The position numbers were made by a program, and so were the translations under genes. From an uncultured cyanobacterium (GTDB lineage Bacteria; Cyanobacteriota; Cyanobacteriia; Cyanobacteriales; CAWUOF01): DNA of 64,000 nucleotides. Below are positions 56,301 to 64,000 of the stretch, one piece after another. The notes beneath the pieces were generated by a model. The model worked only from the letters and a program-made list of their open reading frames with translations, ran no database searches and had not been told where the DNA came from. Within the stretch, counting starts at the first letter, position 1; every line of letters starts with the position of its first letter. The stretch lies in the NCBI GenBank assembly GCA_963744145.1, contig CAVUSO010000001.1, forward strand, positions 3,168,001 to 3,232,000. Direction: 5' to 3'.

Positions 56301-58935
56301 CTCCTAATAATTCTAGCACCTGTATCCCAATTTTGACTCCTGCGATTAATTGGGATTGAGCCATACAAGTTTGAATTTTGGTTTGATAAACTTTCAATCT
56401 GTCTAATAAATTTTTGGCTTTTAACAGAACAATTTTAGACCATTGTTCCATCCGCTCAAAATCACTACAAATATAAGCAACTTCTACTGCTTCTTCATAT
56501 AGAGCTAAACTCAGTTGATAAAAATTTTGCCAACTATCATCACCCAAAAGTTGAATACCTGTATGTAAATAGGCGATCGCTACTCCATAAGCTGTTGCTG
56601 CTTTAGCTTTGTGACCTGCGGTTAAATTCAATTTTGCTAATTCTATTCTTTCGGTATCTGAGCCAATCAAATCTTTTCCCAAATTCAAATGATCAACAAT
56701 TTCAAATATTCTTTGCTCCCGTTGATCTGGGGGAATATTCTGAATTAATAAGCGTCCAATCTTCAAATGTACTGCTTGTTGAGAGTCGTCATCAATCAGA
56801 GTATAAGCTGCTTGTTGAACGCGATCGTGGAGAAATTTATAATTCTGGATTAACAATTCAAAATCTAACTCTGATGTCGCTAAAATTAACCCACCTTTAA
56901 GTGCTAATAATAAATCAGCAAATAAAGTAGTATGTGACTTTTCACTGACGATCACAAGAGTATTTAAGTTAAATTCAGTGCCGATACAAGCAGCTAAATG
57001 CAATACTTGCTGGGTTGCTTCTGGCAATTTCTTCACCTTACTAATCATTAACTCTACCACATTATCAGTGATATTTGTTGCGGCAATTTGCTCCACATCC
57101 CATTGCCATGAGCGCGATGGAAAATCAAAAATCAGTAAGTTTTCCGAGTGCAGATTTTTGAGAAATTCATTGACAAAAAAAGGATTACCTTCTGTTTTCT
57201 GTACCACTAATTCAGCTAGGGATTTGACTGCGTCTGGCGTACTTTTTAGTGTTTCCGCAATCAGATGACAAATTGGCTCTAATTCTAAGGGATCTAAATG
57301 AATCGAATTAATCCTTGCACCTGCTTTTTCTAATCCATCCAGAGTGATCATTAATGGATGAGTAGGACTAACTTCATTATCCCGATAAGCTCCAATCAGA
57401 AACAGATATTGCATATCTGGATCAGTCATCATCAGTTCAATTAACTTCAAAGTAGCGGAATCTGCCCATTGTAAATCATCAAGAAAGATAACTAAAGGAT
57501 GTTCTGGTGAACAAAATACTCGGATAAAGTTTTGAAAAACCAAATTAAAACGATTTTGTGACTCTTGTGAACCTAGCTCTAATAAATCTGGTTGTTTACC
57601 GATAATCAGTTCTATTTCTGGAATTACATCAATAATCACCTGAGCATTCTGACCAAGTGCAGTTAAAAGTTTTATTTGCCATTGATAAAGTTCTATTTCA
57701 CTTTCTGTTAACAGTTGTTGTACTAATATACTGAAAGCTCTCACAATAGCTGAGTAGGGAATATTCCGTTGAAACTGGTCAAATTTACCAGAGATAAAAT
57801 AGCCACGTTTTTCAGTAATCGGTTTATAAATTTCTTGAACCAAAGCTGATTTACCAATCCCAGAATAACCCGTTACCAACATCATTTCAATCCCCTCCCT
57901 ACTTTGATCACCCTGAACTAAAACCCCCCTAGTGAAGGAGGGTTGGGAGGATCTTTTTCCTGCTACACGCTCAAATGCTGCTAATAAAGTTTTAACTTCC
58001 ACCTCACGTCCGTATAGTTTTTGGGGGATTTGAAACTTGTCAGAAATATCTTGCTCTGCGAGAGAGAAATCTAATATATTGCCATCAGATTCTAACTGAG
58101 TCAGACATTTTTCTAAATCAGCTTTTAATCCCCAGGCACTTTGATATCGCTCCTCAGCAGTTTTTGCCATTAGTTTCATGACTAGATCAGAAACAGTTTT
58201 GGGAATTTCTGAATTGATTTGATCTGGTGGAATTGTTTTTTTTGCAATATGACAATGGACTAATTCCATGGCATCATTTGTATTAAATGGTAGTTGTCCT
58301 GTCAGTAATTCATAAAAGGTAGCACCCAGAGAGTAGAAATCTGTACGGTAGTCTAGACAACGGTTCATTCTTCCTGTTTGCTCTGGCGATATATATGCTA
58401 GTGTACCTTCTAGCACATTGGGATTTTTTAGGGTGTGATTTTCGCGATTTAATAAAGTAGAAATTCCAAAGTCAATGATTTTGATAACTCCTGTTTCTGT
58501 GTTAAAAACAATGTTAGCCGGGTTCAGGTCTTTGTGAATTATATTAGCCTCATGAATATGTCCTAAATTGTCAGCAATTTTAATGGCTATTTGCAGAAAT
58601 TTATTTAAGTTAAGTTTCGGCTTTAAATCTAGCTTAGGGATTTTTTCATTAATCAATACTTTCAAAGATTCACCACCAAAATCCTCCAGGATAATTGCTA
58701 CAGTCTGATCAGATAATTCCAACCCGTAAGCTTTGATTACCCCATTGATATTAAGGTTGTGGGTAATTTCATATTCCTGTTTGTAGCGGGTAATTTCTTG
58801 TGGTGTTGGATAGTTTTGTTTGAGAACTTTGATAATAACTGGTTGCTGATCTAAGTGACGAATACCGCGATAAACTTCGGAATTAATACTTTCGTAAATT
58901 TGGTTGTTAATCTCGTAGCCAGGAATAGTAATCAT
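53347..58935 (-). CDS. Ser/Thr kinase-AAA ATPase-GAF-histidine kinase (paralogue)
   Basis: Same architecture and motifs as 47405-52981. Confidence 0.93.
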   Translation of the reverse strand: MITIPGYEINNQIYESINSEVYRGIRHLDQQPVIIKVLKQNYPTPQEITRYKQEYEITHNLNINGVIKAYGLELSDQTVAIILEDFGGESLKVLINEKIPKLDLKPKLNLNKFLQIAIKIADNLGHIHEANIIHKDLNPANIVFNTETGVIKIIDFGISTLLNRENHTLKNPNVLEGTLAYISPEQTGRMNRCLDYRTDFYSLGATFYELLTGQLPFNTNDAMELVHCHIAKKTIPPDQINSEIPKTVSDLVMKLMAKTAEERYQSAWGLKADLEKCLTQLESDGNILDFSLAEQDISDKFQIPQKLYGREVEVKTLLAAFERVAGKRSSQPSFTRGVLVQGDQSREGIEMMLVTGYSGIGKSALVQEIYKPITEKRGYFISGKFDQFQRNIPYSAIVRAFSILVQQLLTESEIELYQWQIKLLTALGQNAQVIIDVIPEIELIIGKQPDLLELGSQESQNRFNLVFQNFIRVFCSPEHPLVIFLDDLQWADSATLKLIELMMTDPDMQYLFLIGAYRDNEVSPTHPLMITLDGLEKAGARINSIHLDPLELEPICHLIAETLKSTPDAVKSLAELVVQKTEGNPFFVNEFLKNLHSENLLIFDFPSRSWQWDVEQIAATNITDNVVELMISKVKKLPEATQQVLHLAACIGTEFNLNTLVIVSEKSHTTLFADLLLALKGGLILATSELDFELLIQNYKFLHDRVQQAAYTLIDDDSQQAVHLKIGRLLIQNIPPDQREQRIFEIVDHLNLGKDLIGSDTERIELAKLNLTAGHKAKAATAYGVAIAYLHTGIQLLGDDSWQNFYQLSLALYEEAVEVAYICSDFERMEQWSKIVLLKAKNLLDRLKVYQTKIQTCMAQSQLIAGVKIGIQVLELLGVNLPESPTSLDIQSGLEETKALLTGKKMEELLNLPPMIDVYKLAAMRMLSSLFSPVYIAVPELLPLIPCEQVNLSLQYGNSDFSAYGYANYAAILNGVFQDIEQAYQFGNLALNLAEKLNTKALKAKIINQVAVFIIHGKEHIRKTLPLFQQAYQSGIENGDLEFAGYAAMNQSQYAYFSGLELTELTTEIANYSKALSHFKQEISFNYNQLFQQVVLNLLGQTKNPCLLSDEAYNEEKFIPLHLAANDQVALHFFYLHKIILCYLFGEISQAQENVEKFTQYINVCTGFITVPIFYFYDSLVRLVAQTSEPKSALENNLVQVKSNQEKMEKLAHHAPMNYSHKLDLVKAEIYRLQGSYVEAIEYYDRAIAGARANQYIQEEALAYELAAKFYLQWGKNTIAQIYLTEAYYNYMRWGAKAKVKHLESKYPQLLIHVTTTVRLTQSHRQASTLTRTQSGEALDLATVMKASQAISGEIVLEKLLSALMKILLENAGAELGSLIFNTAGELLIAAQGKVDVEQIIVGQLIPIDHHLPASILNYVVRTRESVVLNDASREGNFQNDSYIKANQPKSILCVPLISQGQLVSLVYLENNLMTGAFTPDRLELLKMLSSQAAIAIENAQLYANLAESNRTLEMKVAARTQELSQALDDLRTTQTELIQSEKMAALGQLIAGIAHEINTPLGAIRSSTGNISKFLTQTLEQLPILCQSLAADQVQDFLALLQRSLNHHSHLSAKEERKIKRGLVAQISAQQLKDADVLADTLVDMGIYEDIEPFTSLLQRPDATQILEIAYKLSGLQRGTQTIATATERASKVVFALKSYARYDHSGELISTQIHDSIDNVLTLYQNQIKQGVEVIKNYGDLPAIACYPDELNQVWTNIIHNALQAMDNRGTLIIQTTHSEAQVQISISDTGPGIPTEIQAKIFEPFFTTKPPGEGSGLGLDIVKKIISKHSGKITVNSEPGRTTFHILLPIQPDQELNHV

Positions 58936-59484
58936 AGTAAAAAGCTGCTAAGTTTTCTGTTAGGTTTAAATCAGGGAAATAATCAGTAGTTATTCCTAAT
59001 TTTTTGTTGTCTAATTAAAAATATGTAAAGTTTAGTTCAATCTGGATAAAAAGTCAAGGATTGACAGCAGAACTGCCAAAAGCAGTATTTAATTTGCAGA
59101 AAAAATATTTAACTAAATTATGACAGTGACGAGCAGTGAAATTCAAGTCAGTAGATTTACCTGTTTCTCATAAATGGATAAATAATGCCGTTTGATCTCC
59201 TCCAGGTAAAATAATTGGTGATCTGATGGGTGTGCCGAAGAAATTACCCTAATCCTAGCAAGTACAAGTATACGACAGTCCGCTGAAAGTTTAGCGATCG
59301 CATTTTAAGTTTATTGTCAGAGTTTAATCAACTTGGGATCATCAAATTGTTGGCAGAAAATCAAATTACCTGTTCACCATAAATTTTTTGGTCTAAGTCT
59401 GATCCGCAGAAAATCATTAATTATGATTCTGATTCAGTCGAGTTATCAGGCATAATTGCTATATGTCTTCAGTTACATTTTTCT

Positions 59485-62253
59485 ATGAAATACAAAAAAG
59501 CTTTTTTCTTACTTTTTTCAATATTAGCCCTGACTGTACTCAACTGGTTCATCTTCACCCTGCACTCTCCTCATGTTAATGCGTTTGACCATGATGTAGT
59601 TTTAACTACACAGCAAAGCGAATATGATCTAGGTACTTATCTAGAGTACCTAGAAGACCCAACGTCCAAGTTAACCATCGAACAAATCACTCAATCTACC
59701 TTTAATCATCAATTTATCCCGAGTCAAACCAAAGTTCTCAAATTGGGCTATACTAACTCAGCCTATTGGGTCCGTTGGCGAATTAATAATCAGTCTAATA
59801 TTAATAACTGGGGGTTAATCTTTAGCGATCGCTTGACGAGCAGCATCGATCTCTATTTTCCCTCCTTATCACCAAACTCGTCGATCGGCAAATATGAACA
59901 TACACCGACCGGTATCGATTATCCCTCTAACAGTCGAAATATTCCTAATGGAGATTTTATTTTTCAACTCCATCTTCCCTCTCACACAACCCAAACATTT
60001 TATCTGCGAGTAAAAACCAAAAATCAATTGAAAGTTCCCCTATCTTTAGCCACGATGGAAGTAGTGACACAACAACGTTTAACTACTCATTTACTGTGGG
60101 GTTTTTTTTATGGATTTATGTCGATTATGATTAGCTATAACTTTTTTCTCTGGGTAATTTTACGCGATCGCATTTATGGCTACTATGCTCTATTTTTAAT
60201 CACTATTATCTTCGTTCGTAGCATTTTAGATGGAATAGGGGCACAATTTTTATGGGCAAATTTTCCTCAATTAACTTGGCCATTTTTATTAATTAGCTGC
60301 AATCTATCTTTATTGATATATTTCCAATTCACTTTGAGTTTTTTCAATTTAAAATCCTGCGCTCTCCAATGGCATTTAAACTTCAAATATTTGCAAATTT
60401 TCCTTAGTATAATTTCGTTAATTAGTTTATTTGTATCAATTCCCTGTGCCCTTTTCACTTTCGTATTTTCTGCCCTGATTATCCAGACAATTATTTTACT
60501 AATTACCGTAATTTTTTGGTTAAACAAACACCGAGTTGCTCCCTACTTTTGCCTAGCTCAAATTATCGCATTTATCGGTCTATTATTGCGGATTTTTTCA
60601 GAAATTCTCCCGCTCCAAATACCGATTCAAGACTTAGGTGGTTTAAATTGGTTCCCTCTAGTTCTTCTCCTTGCTTTTGCTCTAGCAGATTATATTAACC
60701 AGATCAGAAAAGAACGTACTGAAGCTCAAATGGAAGCGATCCGTTATCAAAATGAACTTACCCAAGCACTCCAAGAAACCAACCGTGATCTAGAAAAAAA
60801 AGTCCGAGAACGCACTAATGAACTGCTCCAAGCAAAAGAAGCAGCAGATAGTGCTAGTCAAGCTAAAAGCGATTTTATTGCTAATATGAGTCATGAATTA
60901 CGCACACCTCTTAACGGGATTTTAGGCTATACTCAAATTATGAAGCGTGCTAGTGACCTGAATCAATATCGACAAGGTATAAAGATCATTGAAGAATCAG
61001 GGTTCCATCTCCTCACGCTAATTAATGACATCCTTGACCTCTCAAAAATTGAAGCTGAAAAACTGGAATTGCTACCAAAAGAATTACATTTACCATCCTT
61101 TTTAGCTGGAGTAGCAGAAATTGCGAAAATCCGAGCTGATAGTAAAGGTATTATTTTCCATTTTCTGATTCCAGACAATTTACCAATAGGAGTCATTGTC
61201 GATGAAAAACGCTTACGGCAAATTTTACTAAATTTACTCGATAATGCGATTAAATTTACTGAGCGAGGTAGTGTTACTTTTAAAATTGAAGTTATGACCA
61301 GCAATTCTCTCCCACTCAATATTAATAAAATTCGCTTTACCATTCAAGATACAGGGATAGGAATTCCTCCCGAAAAATTAGAAAAAATCTTTATCCCCTT
61401 TGAACAAGCTGGGATTAGGTCAAGACGTGGAGAAGGAACTGGATTAGGATTAGCAATTAGTCGTAAGATTGCTACCATGATGGGTAGTGAAATTCAAATT
61501 AGTAGTAGTTTGGGAGAGGGAAGCACCTTTTGGTTTGAAGTTGATTTACTCCTAACTAATGAATGGATTAATCCGGCAATTTCATCAGTCCAAGGGAAAA
61601 TTATTGGTTATTTAGGTGAACGTAAGAAAATTTTAATTGTTGATGATAAACAAGTACATAGATTTGTAATATCAGCAGTTTTAAACCCCTTGGGATTTAT
61701 AACTACTGAAGCAGAAAATGGTAGAACAGGATTAAACAAATTGGCTGAATTTACCGCTGATTTAGTCATTACTGATATTGCTATGTCCGAAATGAATGGT
61801 TATGAACTTACTCGCAATATTCGTTATTCCTACTCTCAAGATTTACCAGTAATTGCCATTAGTGCTAGTGTGTCTTTAGCTGATCAAAGTTTAGCGATCG
61901 CGGTCGGTTGTAATGATTTTCTGGAAAAACCCCTAGATTTAGAAAAGTTACTGATCACTGTGCAAAAATATCTGAATGTGGAATGGATATATGAAGACTA
62001 TCAAACTGGATCTCGTCCTGAACCACAGGAACTAATTTTTCCCACTTTAGCTGAGTTAAAAGTCCTCTACCAAGCTAATAAAATTGGGGATATTGCAGTA
62101 GTAGAAACCGAAGCAAAACGATTAGCTAAACTCAATCCCCAGTATCAGGAATTTTGCGATCGCGTTTTGGCTTTAGCGTTAGAATTTAATGAGGAAGGAA
62201 TCTTACAATTATTAGAAAATGGTGTGATTGGTTTATCCCAAACTATGAGCTAA
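59485..62253 (+). CDS. 7TM-DISM hybrid sensor histidine kinase
   Basis: YLEDP..LGYT.SAYW sensor region, 7[13 protein letters not shown] boxes and a receiver domain. Confidence 0.9.
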   Translation: MKYKKAFFLLFSILALTVLNWFIFTLHSPHVNAFDHDVVLTTQQSEYDLGTYLEYLEDPTSKLTIEQITQSTFNHQFIPSQTKVLKLGYTNSAYWVRWRINNQSNINNWGLIFSDRLTSSIDLYFPSLSPNSSIGKYEHTPTGIDYPSNSRNIPNGDFIFQLHLPSHTTQTFYLRVKTKNQLKVPLSLATMEVVTQQRLTTHLLWGFFYGFMSIMISYNFFLWVILRDRIYGYYALFLITIIFVRSILDGIGAQFLWANFPQLTWPFLLISCNLSLLIYFQFTLSFFNLKSCALQWHLNFKYLQIFLSIISLISLFVSIPCALFTFVFSALIIQTIILLITVIFWLNKHRVAPYFCLAQIIAFIGLLLRIFSEILPLQIPIQDLGGLNWFPLVLLLAFALADYINQIRKERTEAQMEAIRYQNELTQALQETNRDLEKKVRERTNELLQAKEAADSASQAKSDFIANMSHELRTPLNGILGYTQIMKRASDLNQYRQGIKIIEESGFHLLTLINDILDLSKIEAEKLELLPKELHLPSFLAGVAEIAKIRADSKGIIFHFLIPDNLPIGVIVDEKRLRQILLNLLDNAIKFTERGSVTFKIEVMTSNSLPLNINKIRFTIQDTGIGIPPEKLEKIFIPFEQAGIRSRRGEGTGLGLAISRKIATMMGSEIQISSSLGEGSTFWFEVDLLLTNEWINPAISSVQGKIIGYLGERKKILIVDDKQVHRFVISAVLNPLGFITTEAENGRTGLNKLAEFTADLVITDIAMSEMNGYELTRNIRYSYSQDLPVIAISASVSLADQSLAIAVGCNDFLEKPLDLEKLLITVQKYLNVEWIYEDYQTGSRPEPQELIFPTLAELKVLYQANKIGDIAVVETEAKRLAKLNPQYQEFCDRVLALALEFNEEGILQLLENGVIGLSQTMS

Positions 62254-63464
62254 ATTTTTTCTCTTTTTCTTTTTCTGGTAGACAATTCTGTGGGAGGATT
62301 GGGAATTGGTTCTCGTCGGAGAGATACTACTTCAGCTTCACTACTTTCTCGAGCAACACGAATCAGCAACCCAGCACTTAACATACTAGCAACCATCGAA
62401 CTACCACCATAACTAAATAACGGTAGTGGTAAACCAGTTGTGGGTAAAACTCCCGTAGCTACACCAATATTTAATAATGACTGTCCTACCATTAAAATGA
62501 TCGCTCCCACCGCAACTAAGCGATGAATCTGATTCCTAGCTTTAATCGCCACAAACATTCCTAAAGTACCATAAGCCACTAGAAACAGCAATAATAATAA
62601 ACTACCTAAAAACCCAAACTCTTCAGCAAATACAGCAAAGATAAAATCTGTAAATTGAATTGGTAAATAATATAGTTTTTGTTGAGATAACCCTAACCCA
62701 GTTCCAAAAGTACCACCAGATCCGACTGCTAGTAAACTTTGAATTAGCTGATAACCATCTCGGAGCGGATCAGCCCAAGGATTCAGAAAAGACATGATGC
62801 GTCGGCGCTGATATTCTTTAATACTAATACTTAAAGTTGCTAAAATTAAGCCTAATGCTGCTGTTCCTCCTAAATAAGTAAAAGGTAACCCAGCTGCTAG
62901 AGCAATTAACCAAATCGTCATCCCACATAAAGCAGTTGTGCTTAAGTTCGGTTGGATTAAAATTCCCATTAACACTGTGCCAAAAATTACCAACCATCGA
63001 CAACGAATGCTCCACTTTAATCGATCCCATTGAGCAAAAATCCGAGCGCTTTGGAGAACCAGAAAAGGTTTAATTAACTCCGATGGTTGCAGAACTGGTA
63101 CAGGACCAATTGCAATCCAGCGAGTTGCACCATTAATTGATGTACCCAGTCCGGGAATTAAGGTAAACAAGATTAACCCTAAGAATAACACCAAAAACCA
63201 ATGTGCCATTCCCAGAATATAACGTAGGGGAAAATGCACGACTAAGTTAAATCCCAGCCAACCAAATAAGATCCAGATGAGTTGACGTTTAAAGTAATAT
63301 AAACCATCACCAAACTCCGCATCAGCAATGGGATAAGAAGCTGAAAACATCGTAACTAAACCGACAAATAACCACAGTAGGGTCATCCACCGTAACCATC
63401 GAGCTTCTAGAGCCCATAACTGAATAGCAGGATCGAAAAAAGGAATCAGGGAACGCAAATTCAC
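62250..63464 (-). CDS. ftsW: SEDS family protein FtsW
   Basis: NGATRW, QPSE, TDFIF and [10 protein letters not shown] motifs. Confidence 0.9.
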   Translation of the reverse strand: MNLRSLIPFFDPAIQLWALEARWLRWMTLLWLFVGLVTMFSASYPIADAEFGDGLYYFKRQLIWILFGWLGFNLVVHFPLRYILGMAHWFLVLFLGLILFTLIPGLGTSINGATRWIAIGPVPVLQPSELIKPFLVLQSARIFAQWDRLKWSIRCRWLVIFGTVLMGILIQPNLSTTALCGMTIWLIALAAGLPFTYLGGTAALGLILATLSISIKEYQRRRIMSFLNPWADPLRDGYQLIQSLLAVGSGGTFGTGLGLSQQKLYYLPIQFTDFIFAVFAEEFGFLGSLLLLLFLVAYGTLGMFVAIKARNQIHRLVAVGAIILMVGQSLLNIGVATGVLPTTGLPLPLFSYGGSSMVASMLSAGLLIRVARESSEAEVVSLRREPIPNPPTELSTRKRKREKI

Positions 63465-63495
63465 GGGCTAATCATCTATAATTAGAGGTCATCAT

Positions 63496-64000
63496 TTAAT
63501 GGGAGAAATTGGGCGGTAATTCCAGGGGAATTGGGCCAAGTAAACCTTTGCGAAAATCTGTTAATAATTGTCTAGCTGTACGTTCTACATCTCCTTGAAA
63601 GCAATTACGGGCTAAATAATCCAGATATTCTGCCCCAGTGATCGTCATGGGCTCAACCTCATAACGCGATCGCAAACCTGCTACCGATATTAATCCATTG
63701 CTAGTTGCATCCAAATAAGTGAGTAAATCCACCAGCGCGATCGCTACTAATTGATAATCATAAGCCGCAGCACCAATATCATCACAGATCGCTAATTTCA
63801 CGGCATTTTCTTGGTCATTAATTTTCACCGGAATAATTCCAGGAGTATCCAGTAGTTCAATTTCTTCAGAAATTCGCACCCACCGCAATTGCTTAGTTAC
63901 TCCTGGACGGGCTGCACTTTCGACCGCACGTCGTTTGACTAACCGATTAATTAAAGCCGATTTACCCACATTAGGAAACCCAATCACCACAGCTCGAACA
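63496..64000 (-). CDS. ylqF: Ribosome biogenesis GTPase YlqF/RbgA, 5' end outside the window
   Basis: GFPNVGKS, PGVT, DTPG and DFRKG motifs. Confidence 0.92.
   Translation of the reverse strand, partial: VRAVVIGFPNVGKSALINRLVKRRAVESAARPGVTKQLRWVRISEEIELLDTPGIIPVKINDQENAVKLAICDDIGAAAYDYQLVAIALVDLLTYLDATSNGLISVAGLRSRYEVEPMTITGAEYLDYLARNCFQGDVERTARQLLTDFRKGLLGPIPLELPPNFSH

Overview
Cyanobacterial chromosome segment (HIP1 octamer GCGATCGC is frequent) in four blocks. (1) 1-17.5 kb, a probably acquired bioenergetics island: frameshifted glgP and pgm, an IS701 remnant, a type IIIA P-type H+-ATPase and a complete but circularly permuted N-ATPase operon. (2) 17.5-25.3 kb, a decaying defence hotspot next to tRNA-His: frameshifted Rpn-like and AbiJ-like nuclease genes, an intact DRT5-like reverse transcriptase behind a broken parDE pair, a colicin-E3-immunity-like gene and two tyrosine-recombinase remnants. 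(3) 25.3-33.7 kb, a seven-gene co-oriented lipid operon (FAAL-ACP-acyltransferase, methyltransferase, CdsA-like, hydrolase, PssA-like, Psd, MFS exporter). It resembles a self-contained aminophospholipid pathway, unexpected in cyanobacteria, and is the best candidate for an undescribed system. (4) 34-64 kb, housekeeping and signalling genes: recN, CyaB-type cyclase plus a degenerate paralogue, ppa, degenerate panD, BchE fused to a receiver domain, Rpn, a REC-PAS cyclase, twin Ser/Thr-His kinases, a hybrid kinase, ftsW and partial ylqF. All calls come from reading motifs by eye; no searches were run.
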